Assembly: GCA_964016885.1 (NCBI GenBank)
Contig: OZ024743.1
Location: 190,092,001 to 190,156,000 of the forward strand
Source of the DNA: Eledone cirrhosa
Taxonomy: Eukaryota
Direction of reading: 5' to 3'
DNA length: 64,000 nt
In this document: one piece after another, positions 13,845-27,190 of the stretch
Layout: each line of letters starts with the position of its first letter
Position numbering within the stretch: position 1 is the first letter of the stretch
Made by a program: the position numbers and the translations under genes
The notes under the pieces: model-generated
Seen by the model: only the letters and a program-made list of their open reading frames with translations
Told to the model about the DNA's origin: nothing
Database searches by the model: none

Positions 13845-16301
13845 CTAGCAGTGATACCCGGCGTTGCACGGGATAAGGTATTTTGGAACGCGGGCCGCCA
13901 ACAGACCTAATCATGGAAAAACTGCATGCCTGGACAATATGTAAAGAAAATAAACCGAATACTCTGGTGGTTGGATAATCTTTAATATTTTACTCGATGA
14001 AGCAGGAAAAATGCAGGTTTTCAGCTAATGCGGGCCCTAGGGGATCAAGAAAATGAATTTTTTTTTATGTGCATAAATTTCGTGCATAATTATGTGCATA
14101 AATTATGTGCATACTTATGTGCATAAATTATGTGCATAAAGTTATGTGTCTTGAAATTTTGGGATAATCGGCTAGACGCCTCAAAAACGCCCTAAAAAGC
14201 TTTAAAAAATGAAGTTTTTCACATAATGCGGGCTCTAGGCCATAAAACAAGTTGGATTTTCTTTGCTCACGGTATGAGGAAGAGACTGACTAATACATAG
14301 TTACAATTTCAAGGAAATCGGTCTGACGTAACGCCTCAAAAAACCCCTAAAAACCTGAAAAAACGCGGTTTTTCACCTAGTGCAGGCGCTAGGGATCAAA
14401 AAGTTGAATTTACATAACACTCCCTGAAACATAAGTAATACGCATGTAAAGTTTGAAAACGATCGGTTGGGTATTTCTCGAGTTTTAGGGATTCAAACTC
14501 ACACACACACACACTCACACACACACACACACAGACAGACATCCTCAGAGAAGTGACGTAATGCAGACAGCCAGACATACAGACAGATATTATAAGGGCA
14601 TGGCGTTATATGTATGTATCTATCTAAAAAGAGAAAGACTAAGAATTATAGAGAGCGATCGCTAAATCGCCTAATGCGGTCCCTAGGGCATTGAAAAATT
14701 GAAATTTCTTTTGCTCAGAACACTCCCTGTAACATAAGTATTACATGTGTAAAGTTTGAAAACAGTCGGTTGGGTGTTTCTCGAGATTTAGGGATTCAAA
14801 CTCACACACACACAGACAGACATCCTCAGTTATATATATACAGACTAGCAGAAAACCACCCGGTGGGCGGTTTGGTTTTCTGCTAGTCTACTTATATATA
14901 TAACCAGCAATTTCTCTGTCTGTCTGTCCGACAGTGGAAACACGTGCGTAGAGAGAGAGTGAGAGTGAAAGAAAGAGACAGACTACGAGAGGGGGATAGA
15001 GGGAGGGAGAGAGGGAGAGAGGGAGAGAGGGAGAGAGAGAGAGAATGAATAGACGCTAAAACACGTGCTACAGAAATATTACCTTCCCCTCTCCACTGAC
15101 TTTGGTCACTGAGGCCGAGGGAATCGCTGGTTGCTATAGAGACACCTTGCACAAGCCAGAAGTAACCAGTTCGAGGCGGTTCTGACTTGACACCATGCGA
15201 AGAAAGTTGCCATTGAATTTGTGGTTGTTGCTGCTGATAATAAGGACCATTTGAAGAAGGTTGCTGCTGATGAGGTAATTTATTAATCAGATTGCGCAGT
15301 TCCATAACCTACGTTTGATTTGTTCAATTTTTTCTTCAATTTTTAAATTTTTTTTTTTATTTCTTATTGAAAAAATATAAATAATAAAATAAGGTTAGAA
15401 ATTTAAATACAATTAAATACGATTTAATTTCCATTTCCAGCAGCCAATGTCCAGTGTTCAATTTCATGAAAAAATTGGAAATAATTACAAAAATTGAAGT
15501 TTAACTTTTGAACATTTGTTTTGACAATAAAAAAATATTTCCTTATTCACACCTAATGGTATGATTAAAATTTCATAGGAATATTTTTTTCTAACCGCCA
15601 GTTATTTATTTTCTCCTTTTTCGTTTTAACATATATTTATTTCAAACATTTCACCGTATAGATAACATATATATTTATACATGCATAAAAGACACACCGA
15701 GAGACGGTGAACATGTGGTGCCGAATACATTTCTCATCCAAATCTCAACACTATCAGTTGCTAGATTTGCTAGCAGAAAACCGCCCACCGGGTGGTTTTC
15801 TGCTAGTCTATATATCTAAAACAGAGAATGTCTGTCTGTCTGTCAGCTCACTAAAACTTGACAACCATCCAACCGATTGTTTTCAAACTTTAGACATGTA
15901 ATACTTATGGTCCTGTGAGTGTTTTGAGCAAAGATTATTTCAAATTTTCAATGCCCTAGGGACCGCATTAGGCGATTTAGCGTTCTCTCTATATAATTCT
16001 TAGTCTTTCTTTTTAGATAGATACATAGATATAACGTTGCGCCCTTATAATATCTGTCTGTATGTCTGCTGTCTGCATTACGTCATTATATACACACACA
16101 CACGCGCTCAGTGTATGTGTGTATATATATATATGTATCGTAATGCAGACAGTAAGACATAGCTTTCCTTCCCCTCCAGCGTCTCTCTCTCTCTCCCTCC
16201 CGCTATCCCCCTCTTGTAGTCTGTCTCTTTCTTTCAGTCTCACTCTCTCTCTACGCGTCGGACAGACAGACAGAAATTGCTGGTTATATATTATAAGGAG
16301 A
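13845..16301 (-). mobile_element. Composite non-autonomous Helitron-like element with internal inverted units
   Basis: Minus strand A|TC start at 16301; 3' hairpin CCCGTGCAACGCCGGG + CTAG|T at 13872-13844; internal TC starts at 14844(-), 14887(+), 15807(+), each directly after CTAG; (GTCT)n/(CA)n near 5' ends. Confidence 0.7.
14065..14148. repeat. ~13-bp minisatellite (ttatgtgcataaa)n inside the Helitron
   Basis: Direct reading; also at 21731-21814. Confidence 0.9.
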
Positions 16302-17094
16302 TATACAGCCGCTGTTCAGATAATTGCTTGTTGTTGACCAGATGTGAAGATTTTATTAGTGAGATTTATTTCGGTGGTTGATCAATGTAGTGTGGTAAGA
16401 ATTTTGGTAATAACTATTGGCTTGATGGGTGATTCCATGAGTTGCTATCTTCCATATAAAGCGTTAGGTGTGTGTGTTTCAGTGAGTCGAAATGTATGGC
16501 TGTAATAGCCAATAGTGAATGAACTATAAAAAGGTCCCTATTTTGTTAATGTCATTTAGAAATAATTTACGTCAAATTTATTATGATTACACAGGAAAAC
16601 AACAAAGATTCACAATGAAATTGTGTATTATGTTTGTGTGATTGGTTTGGCGTGACCTAAGTGAAATCTTTCTGATTTTTTAACCCCAACTTTTCAGTCG
16701 TAATTTATCTTTCTATCATTTTAACGACCGAGAAAAACAACGTGTATGCTTTCTGAAGAAACAGATCAAAACAACATGAGTTACCGCCCTTTTTTGAATG
16801 TGGGCACGAATGTAAATTAGCACTTGCGGCCCGCCTGATGATGAGCCATATCTCATACGGCCCGCTTCTCGAAAAAAGTTTCGCGACATAAGCCACCAAA
16901 ACGAAGTAAATAGAATAAGTCGGGTATAGTGCGAGCCTATCTGTGTTTATTCCGCCAACCGGTGGGAATAATATTTCACGTCTCTCTGCTTATATACGCC
17001 ACACACACACACGCACAACCAGAGACAAGGACACACGCACACACATACACACTCACACATATATACATACATACACATATTTATATATAATAAT

Positions 17095-17495
17095 AATTGT
17101 TTCTACTTTTGGCACAAGGCCAGCAATTATCCAGTGTATTACTGGTACTTTATTCTATCGACCCCGTAATGATGAAAAGCAAAGTTAACCACAGCGGGAT
17201 TTGAACTCAGACTGTAAAGGGACGTAACTATGCTAGAAAGCATGGCGTCCAACCCTCTACCGATACTGCCAAATAATAATAATGATGATTTCTAGTATAG
17301 GCACAAGGCCAGTAATATGCAAGGAGGGGAAAGTTGATTAAATCGACCCCAGTGCATGACTGGTATTTTATTTTATCGACACCGTAAGGATGAAAGGCAA
17401 AATTAACCTCCGCTGGGTTTGAACTCAGAATGTAAAGGACTGTAACTCTATGCCACAAAGCATAGTATACGACTCTCTACCGATACTGTCAATCT
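17095..17495 (-). mobile_element. Two tandem SINE family A copies (17095-17272 short tail; 17286-17495 long-tail variant)
   Basis: Both carry the central domain and tail, separated by (AAT)n. Confidence 0.88.
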
Positions 17496-17501
17496 ACAGT
17501 C

Positions 17502-17503
17502 AA

Positions 17504-17535
<32 letters not shown>

Positions 17536-17541
17536 AATAAC

Positions 17542-17583
<42 letters not shown>
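17502..17583. repeat. (AAAT)n/(AAT)n microsatellite at Tx1 copy 2 3' junction
   Basis: Direct reading. Confidence 0.95.
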
Positions 17584-17585
<2 letters not shown>

Positions 17586-20533
17586 TTTCTTTATTAACCA
17601 CAAGGGTTTACATAAAGTAGACATTAAGGACAGTGCAGGACAATGCAGGACGGTACAAATGGGCATTTCTGCGTGTAAAAAAACAAAAACAGAGGATGTA
17701 ACAAAACTAACAATGAAAATAACAATGAAAAATTCCCCAATAGGGGGGAGACTTCGGAGGGACATTTGTGGAGAAAGCCCAGTAAAAAGCCACAATGACC
17801 CTGACCACCAAGGCAAGTGCCCTCTCCCAGTTTTCCACCTTTAGTTTACAGATATATACTCAGAGTCGGCCCATTCACTCGGGCCATTCTTGCTTCTCTC
17901 ACCCATCTTTCAACAAAATGCTGGGAAGAGAGCACTTCCTTTTCTACTCTGATTTTCCTTTTCAAATGAAATTTGAAAAAGTCAATCAGAGCATCACCGA
18001 AGAGGTAAGTGCTCGTCTTCAGCCCTTTCAAACGTGTCCACCATACTATCTCTTTCGCCATGGCCACCAGACAGATAAAAACTGCCTGCCCTTCCCGGCT
18101 AAAGGAGGAGGGCGGGGCAATCCTCACGATAGACTCAGATGATAGCTGGATCCGTCCTAAACGCGACAGCAGGTGTTCGACATAAACCCACAAGTCAGCA
18201 ATTTTCGGACACTGGACGAGTGCGTGCAGGACGGTTTCGTCGCCCTGCGCGCATCTCGGACATGCCCGGCTGACGGCACCTCCATGCCTGTAGAGTTTAT
18301 CCCGAACTGGCAAGGCTCCTCGGTAGCACTGCCAGGCCAGAGATTTCTGGAAGTTGTCCATAGGCCCTGGCCCGAAAGTTCTTCCGAAGAGATTGGCTAG
18401 TTGATTTTCGTCGACGCCTAGAGTTTCCCCAAGTACGTCGTCGCTCTTCCCCTCCACTAATCCTCTATAGAACGCCGAGGTGGAGTTTCCACCGATCACA
18501 TTGCCCGATTGGTCGAGGGCTGTGTGCGCCTGAAGACATTCCAGTCTCCAAGCGCTCCCTTTCGGTCTTCGCTTGACCCAGGACTGCAGCTCCGTCAAGG
18601 AGATGAGCTGGGGAAAGATGCGTCTATCAAACGGCGACCACAACTGATCACCGTCGAGGAAGAGGTGACGATGTCGAAGCCTGAGCGCGTGTCTGCGCAT
18701 CATGAGCCACAGCATGCTCAGCCCTCCACGTAGCGGGTGTTGACAGCAGATGGACCGCCTGACCATCGGAGCGCGTCCCTTCCACAAAAAGCGAAAAAGA
18801 AAACGCTCCAGCGCAGTCAGGCGAGGCTTAGGACAAGGCACGACGGTCAGGCGATAGTAGATGACGGACGCGATGTACGCGTTAGCCACCTCCGCTCGAC
18901 CTTTCAGGGATAGCTTCCTCTCCGCCCATTTCTGGGTGAGATAAGCCACCAGGCTCGTTACCTCATCCCAGATTTTGTCCGTCTGGAGGTCCGGACCGAA
19001 CCAGACCCCTAGCAATTTAACCGGTCCGTCCGTCCAGCGCCCGACGACGCCGTTGGAGGCATGGGCCTGCCTCTCCAGGTGCCGAGCTGCAAGCCCACCG
19101 ACTTTTCTTGGTTGATCATTGCTCCTGTCACCGCTTCGTATTCTCTTAGTGTAGTGCCGATCGCCTCGATGTGTTTAGCGTTCGACACCACTACGGTGAC
19201 ATCGTCCGCATATGCAGACACGGATCTTCCGCATCCTAGTTCGCGCGGGACGCCTCTCAACGTCTCCATTTTGTGCAGTAATGGCTCGAGAGTCAATACG
19301 TACAAGAGGGACGAGAGGGGACATCCTTGGCGGACCGAGCGCATGATGTTGAACGGTTCCGAAAGGTGACCATTCACTCTCACCACAGAGCAGATGTCGC
19401 TGTGCATGGCAGCGATCCAGCCTCTGAAGACGGGCCCAAAGCCAGCCGCCCTCAGGACTGACGCCAGATAACTATGGTCGACCCTATCGAAAGCTTTCGA
19501 CTGATCTAAATTCATCAAGGACCCACCCGTGCCAGGTTCCCTAGCTACCCTCTCTACGATGTATCGCATGAAGTGAAAGTTGTCGTGGATGGATCAGTCG
19601 GGAATAGCGCATGTCTGCATCTCTCCTACCAGACCACCAACGACAAGCGCCAACCTCTTTGCTAGTACCTTGGCTAAAATCTTGAACTCTGTTTTTAGAA
19701 GAGTTATGGGCCTGAAATTATCTATGTTATCCCCTTTGTTCGAACCCTTTTTCAGCAGCGCCACGGCGCCTCGGCTCACAGAGCTGGGAATTCTCCCGTT
19801 CTGTTGCCAGTTGCAGTAGACGTCCACCAAGAGGCCCCCGAACAAGTCTGGCATCTGTACATAAAGTTCATAGGGCAGACCATCCAAACCAGGCGATTTA
19901 CCCCTTGTGCAGCCAATCATTGCCTCTCATACTTCAGCGGCTGTTATCGGCTTTTCGCAACACTCCGCCTCAGTGATCGAGAGCCGCGGCAGTCCGTTGA
20001 GGTAGACACTAAAGTCCATCCCTCGATCCGGCCCGCCGCTGCCCCCGAACAGCTGAGCGAAGTGGCACTGAAAAGCTTCACACATTTTCCCGGGATCGAG
20101 TAGCATGCGCCCGTCGTGGTCCACCAAAGACTGGATCGTAGCTATGTTGCCACGACGCGCCTCCGCCACTCGGGCCCATTGAACGGCTTTCGCCCCTTCG
20201 TGTCTGAGAGCACGCACTTTAGCTCTGACAACGCAGCCTTCGTTCTTTGCATTGAAGAATTCGTCAAGGGCCAATTTCGCTGCAAGTACGTCGGTCGCGA
20301 TGTCTTTGCTAAGCGCCTCGTCTAATTTTCTAACTAGGTCTCCCTCTGCTCTATTTTTCTCCATTGCTAAAGCCTTACTAAACCTAATGGACTCTGTTCT
20401 AATCGCTCTTTTCAGAGCAAACCACCACTTGTTGTTGACGATGGCCCCCGTCAACGCCCCCTTAACTAGTTCGCTAATCCGGTCTCTGTAGGCCTTGCGC
20501 GCTGGTAATGACGCGTTTAGCTTCCAGTAGCCG
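17584..20533 (-). mobile_element. Tx1 LINE copy 2, chimeric (distinct 3' ~900 bp, then identical to copy 1)
   Basis: 17584-18485 differs from copy 1 (intact C-terminus ..RVNGPTLSIYL); from 18486 it matches copy 1, including frameshifts and 5' truncation point. Confidence 0.93.
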
Positions 20534-23500
20534 CGTTTTGAAATGGAATATAAAATAAACCTATGGTTCCATCGACCCATCTATATAATACGAAACATAA
20601 CAGAATGACGTACACATGTACTACATTGACAATCAGCCTATCATAATATATCTCTCTATATATATCTTCCAGAGGCTGCATTGGAAACCTTTTTGGACAG
20701 TTATGGAATATATAACGTCGTCGCTAACTCTTATCACCTACTTATTTTAAAAACTCCGGAGATAAAAAGCAAAGCCTGCTTTGTCGGTATTTGAACTCAG
20801 AATAATAAAAAAAAAATACCGTCATTAGATTTTGCAAGTGATTATGTCTGACACTCTAACGTTTCTGTTAATAAACCACCTCAACAACAACAATAACAAC
20901 AGCAGCAATGATGGTGATGATTTCTTATATTGGCCACCAGAGCCGAAGATATTCGAGATAAAACAATGATTAGAAACTATATGGAATGGGCATTAAATCA
21001 AAGGGAAAACAATGGGCATGACAATAACAGTAAGTGTAATAAATAGTCACGAAAACAATACAAATAATAACAAATGCTAACTATAACAGTTTCCCAATAT
21101 GAAATTGGAACTGTGCTTTAGGGTAATTCTGAAGAAGCATCCACATAAAACCTTGGGCTACTCTGTCGCTCCACAGTTATTAAAAGTGCCCTCTTCACTG
21201 ATAGTTGCTACATATATACAAATTCACTAAGATGGTTTAGCAAATGTCCATTTTTGTTGTCGATATTTTCGACGTTTATATTGTTGTTCTTGTTTGTACA
21301 ATCACTATTTCGTTTCTACTCTATACGTTGTTATTGTTGTTGTTGTCGTTGCTGTTACTGCTGCTACTGGTACCTTCCCACCACTCGCATCATTACCGCA
21401 ATGTACCAGGTCAGTAACACTATAATCAGAGTAACCTCTTCCCCCTCATATTTGTTCCTGCTTCCTCCCAAACACACACACACACACACACATATATAAT
21501 ATATTATATACTAGCAGTGATACCCGGCGTTGCACGGGATAAGGTATTTTGGAACGCGGGCCGCCAACAGACCTAATCATGGAAAAACTGCATGCCTGGA
21601 CAATATGTAAAGAAAATAAACCGAATACTCTGGTGGTTGGATAATCTTTAATATTTTACTCGATGAAGCAGGAAAAATGCAGGTTTTCAGCTAATGCGGG
21701 CCCTAGGGGATCAAGAAAATGAATTTTTTTTTATGTGCATAAATTTCGTGCATAATTATGTGCATAAATTATGTGCATACTTATGTGCATAAATTATGTG
21801 CATAAAGTTATGTGTCTTGAAATTTTGGGATAATCGGCTAGACGCCTCAAAAACGCCCTAAAAAGCTTTAAAAAATGAAGTTTTTCACATAATGCGGGCT
21901 CTAGGCCATAAAACAAGTTGGATTTTCTTTGCTCACGGTATGAGGAAGAGACTGACTAATACATAGTTACAATTTCAAGGAAATCGGTCTGACGTAACGC
22001 CTCAAAAAACCCCTAAAAACCTGAAAAAACGCGGTTTTTCACCTAGTGCAGGCGCTAGGGATCAAAAAGTTGAATTTACATAACACTCCCTGAAACATAA
22101 GTAATACGCATGTAAAGTTTGAAAACGATCGGTTGGGTATTTCTCGAGTTTTAGGGATTCAAACTCACACACACACACACTCACACACACACACACACAG
22201 ACAGACATCCTCAGAGAAGTGACGTAATGCAGACAGCCAGACATACAGACAGATATTATAAGGGCATGGCGTTATATGTATGTATCTATCTAAAAAGAGA
22301 AAGACTAAGAATTATAGAGAGCGATCGCTAAATCGCCTAATGCGGTCCCTAGGGCATTGAAAAATTGAAATTTCTTTTGCTCAGAACACTCCCTGTAACA
22401 TAAGTATTACATGTGTAAAGTTTGAAAACAGTCGGTTGGGTGTTTCTCGAGATTTAGGGATTCAAACTCACACACACACAGACAGACATCCTCAGTTATA
22501 TATATACAGACTAGCAGAAAACCACCCGGTGGGCGGTTTGGTTTTCTGCTAGTCTACTTATATATATAACCAGCAATTTCTCTGTCTGTCTGTCCGACAG
22601 TGGAAACACGTGCGTAGAGAGAGAGTGAGAGTGAAAGAAAGAGACAGACTACGAGAGGGGGATAGAGGGAGGGAGAGAGGGAGAGAGGGAGAGAGGGAGA
22701 GAGAGAGAGAATGAATAGACGCTAAAACACGTGCTACAGAAATATTACCTTCCCCTCTCCACTGACTTTGGTCACTGAGGCCGAGGGAATCGCTGGTTGC
22801 TATAGAGACACCTTGCACAAGCCAGAAGTAACCAGTTCGAGGCGGTTCTGACTTGACACCATGCGAAGAAAGTTGCCATTGAATTTGTGGTTGTTGCTGC
22901 TGATAATAAGGACCATTTGAAGAAGGTTGCTGCTGATGAGGTAATTTATTAATCAGATTGCGCAGTTCCATAACCTACGTTTGATTTGTTCAATTTTTTC
23001 TTCAATTTTTAAATTTTTTTTTTTATTTCTTATTGAAAAAATATAAATAATAAAATAAGGTTAGAAATTTAAATACAATTAAATACGATTTAATTTCCAT
23101 TTCCAGCAGCCAATGTCCAGTGTTCAATTTCATGAAAAAATTGGAAATAATTACAAAAATTGAAGTTTAACTTTTGAACATTTGTTTTGACAATAAAAAA
23201 ATATTTCCTTATTCACACCTAATGGTATGATTAAAATTTCATAGGAATATTTTTTTCTAACCGCCAGTTATTTATTTTCTCCTTTTTCGTTTTAACATAT
23301 ATTTATTTCAAACATTTCACCGTATAGATAACATATATATTTATACATGCATAAAAGACACACCGAGAGACGGTGAACATGTGGTGCCGAATACATTTCT
23401 CATCCAAATCTCAACACTATCAGTTGCTAGATTTGCTAGCAGAAAACCGCCCACCGGGTGGTTTTCTGCTAGTCTATATATCTAAAACAGAGAATGTCTG

Positions 23501-25169
23501 TCTGTCTGTCAGCTCACTAAAACTTGACAACCATCCAACCGATTGTTTTCAAACTTTAGACATGTAATACTTATGGTCCTGTGAGTGTTTTGAGCAAAGA
23601 TTATTTCAAATTTTCAATGCCCTAGGGACCGCATTAGGCGATTTAGCGTTCTCTCTATATAATTCTTAGTCTTTCTTTTTAGATAGATACATAGATATAA
23701 CGTTGCGCCCTTATAATATCTGTCTGTATGTCTGCTGTCTGCATTACGTCATTATATACACACACACACGCGCTCAGTGTATGTGTGTATATATATATAT
23801 GTATCGTAATGCAGACAGTAAGACATAGCTTTCCTTCCCCTCCAGCGTCTCTCTCTCTCTCCCTCCCGCTATCCCCCTCTTGTAGTCTGTCTCTTTCTTT
23901 CAGTCTCACTCTCTCTCTACGCGTCGGACAGACAGACAGAAATTGCTGGTTATATATTATAAGGAGATATACAGCCGCTGTTCAGATAATTGCTTGTTGT
24001 TGACCAGATGTGAAGATTTTATTAGTGAGATTTATTTCGGTGGTTGATCAATGTAGTGTGGTAAGAATTTTGGTAATAACTATTGGCTTGATGGGTGATT
24101 CCATGAGTTGCTATCTTCCATATAAAGCGTTAGGTGTGTGTGTTTCAGTGAGTCGAAATGTATGGCTGTAATAGCCAATAGTGAATGAACTATAAAAAGG
24201 TCCCTATTTTGTTAATGTCATTTAGAAATAATTTACGTCAAATTTATTATGATTACACAGGAAAACAACAAAGATTCACAATGAAATTGTGTATTATGTT
24301 TGTGTGATTGGTTTGGCGTGACCTAAGTGAAATCTTTCTGATTTTTTAACCCCAACTTTTCAGTCGTAATTTATCTTTCTATCATTTTAACGACCGAGAA
24401 AAACAACGTGTATGCTTTCTGAAGAAACAGATCAAAACAACATGAGTTACCGCCCTTTTTTGAATGTGGGCACGAATGTAAATTAGCACTTGCGGCCCGC
24501 CTGATGATGAGCCATATCTCATACGGCCCGCTTCTCGAAAAAAGTTTCGCGACATAAGCCACCAAAACGAAGTAAATAGAATAAGTCGGGTATAGTGCGA
24601 GCCTATCTGTGTTTATTCCGCCAACCGGTGGGAATAATATTTCACGTCTCTCTGCTTATATACGCCACACACACACACGCACAACCAGAGACAAGGACAC
24701 ACGCACACACATACACACTCACACATATATACATACATACACATATTTATATATAATAATAATTGTTTCTACTTTTGGCACAAGGCCAGCAATTATCCAG
24801 TGTATTACTGGTACTTTATTCTATCGACCCCGTAATGATGAAAAGCAAAGTTAACCACAGCGGGATTTGAACTCAGACTGTAAAGGGACGTAACTATGCT
24901 AGAAAGCATGGCGTCCAACCCTCTACCGATACTGCCAAATAATAATAATGATGATTTCTAGTATAGGCACAAGGCCAGTAATATGCAAGGAGGGGAAAGT
25001 TGATTAAATCGACCCCAGTGCATGACTGGTATTTTATTTTATCGACACCGTAAGGATGAAAGGCAAAATTAACCTCCGCTGGGTTTGAACTCAGAATGTA
25101 AAGGACTGTAACTCTATGCCACAAAGCATAGTATACGACTCTCTACCGATACTGTCAATCTACAGTCAA

Positions 25170-25201
<32 letters not shown>

Positions 25202-25207
25202 AATAAC

Positions 25208-25248
<41 letters not shown>
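18486..25248. repeat. Duplicated block, copy 2 (includes second Helitron 21511-23967 and SINEs 24761-25161)
   Basis: Matches 10820-17582; ends in (AAT)n with no LINE after it. Confidence 0.95.
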
Positions 25249-25261
<13 letters not shown>

Positions 25262-25604
25262 CATAGAATAATGCAAAGCTTTCTGCATTTCTCTGAAAGC
25301 AATTTCAACGAGGCAGCCGATAGTATCAACCTTTCCACCTTTCTCGCAGACACATACTACTGCACTTCCTTTTTCAAATGTCAACAGTGTTATTGACATG
25401 ACTGGTGATGTTTGTCTCTGGGCGTGTTAAGTAGATGACAAAGAATGACATCTAACGCTTTCCTTCTGTTAATGTATTCGGCAAATATAAAAACAAATCT
25501 TCAAGTTTTTGCCTGGAAAACAACACAGAGTTGTTTACAATTTACGGAACGTCAATGTACATGCTCCTCCACATAGTTTAGATACGATACTACTACGAAT
25601 TTAA

Positions 25605-27190
25605 TATAATTTATTAACCACAAGGACGCATAAAGTTAGTGATAATACAATGACGAAAAATAACACAAAGTGAAAGAAAGGGTAAATCAACAAAGGAACA
25701 TAGTAGATATGATAATAACAATAAGGCTTTATTTCATATAATGCATGACTGAGAATCCAGGTCGTACTTGTATTAAACACAATTATGACAAATGCGATCA
25801 ACCGTGTGGGACATCGTCAAATTGATTACTAAAGTATATGCTCCAGTCAATAACAATAATGATATTGACTAATAACAACGACACACACAATAATTGTTTC
25901 TACTTTTGGCACAAGGCCAGCAATTATCCAGTGTATTACTGGTACTTTATTTTATCGATCCCGTAAGGATGAAAGGCAAAGTTAACCTCGGCAGGATTTG
26001 AACTCAGAATGGAAAGGGCCGTAACTCTTTGCGTCAAAGTATGGCGTCCGACCCTCTACCGATACTGCCAATCCACCGCCTCAACGACACACAAAATAAT
26101 AAAAGACAGCAAGGAAAAGTTCTTCAAAGCATTGACTGTGCCCATGTCCAGTCTTTTCCTGCTGCTTAGAAAATATAGTTTTGTCGTGTATTCGTTACGC
26201 TTTAGTTCACTCAGTTGATAATTTAACCGTTTGATATATACACAATATACACTGTTGAGTCTGTACATAAACAGAGTCATTAACTGCTTAATGAACACAA
26301 CCACAAGGATATGATCCGAACGTGGAAGAGCCGAACTCCCACTGTCATCGCCTCCATCTCTCTCACCCACCCCATCTCTCCGTATGGTGAGCAAATAGGG
26401 TCCCATGTGCTGGCCTCTCCACAGCCCCGGCGGACAGAACGGAGAAGGCGTTTCCCCGGAGGATGGTAAGGGAGATGCGCTGGAAGAGCCATTTCATGTC
26501 GCAAGGCTCACCTGCGGCTGGCCAGCTCAGCACCTATGGTGATGAGTAGGGAGGTAGCCCTAAAGCCAAGGACACCAGCTGTCTCCACTGCCAAGGGCAC
26601 GACCGTGAACCTGTCGGAGAGCCACTGGTACTTGGAGAGTTTGACCACCTCAGCCCGACGTGCAGCAGAACTTGGATTTCAACCTTTAAACTCCTTGCTT
26701 TCAACCATCTTTGATAACTCACTAGAAAGTGACACCTCCCTCTCTACAATTACCTTTAAATACCACTTGAAGAGAGTGATGATGAAATGCCCGGAGAGAA
26801 AATTTCTTGACCTCAAAGCTTTCAGATCATACAGCTTCTTTCACCATAGCCACCGGACAACAGACAACTTGCTGCACTTCCCTTCCAAAGGAAGTTAGGG
26901 ATGGAGTGATTTTCACTATAGACTCAGCTGATAGCTGAATCTCTCTGGCAGCGGATAGTAGCTATTTAACATATGCTTAAATGCCTACAAAGCATTAGCA
27001 GCAGACAAAAGATTGTAGGCTAGTTTCATCCCCATCTCTGCCTCTCGTGAATGTTTGGCTGTGAGCACTTAGTGCGTGTAGAGCTTGTCCCAAACATGCA
27101 ATTCTCTCCTACCCTATAGCACTGTCATGCCAAGGATCTTGTAAAATTGCACATAATACCCGACCTAAAAGTTCTCCAAATCTGCTTAAC
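25605..27190 (-). mobile_element. Decayed Tx1-like 3' remnant(s)
   Basis: Terminal motif ttattaaccacaagg at ~25611-25625; minus-strand remnants SLA*QCYR..WDKLYTH (~27070-27145) and IQLSAESIVK (~26910-26942). Confidence 0.6.
25892..26080 (-). mobile_element. SINE family A with ~19-bp TSD
   Basis: caacgacacaca(c/a)aataat on both sides. Confidence 0.9.

Larger units (their letters stand above)
10820..17582. repeat. Duplicated block, copy 1 (period 7,666 bp; copy 2 at 18486-25248)
   Basis: ORF track repeats identically at +7666; microsatellite lengths checked also match. Confidence 0.95.

Noticed and set aside
14065-14148. CRISPR-like repeat array
   Set aside because: Spacer-less 13-bp minisatellite in eukaryotic DNA; no cas genes.
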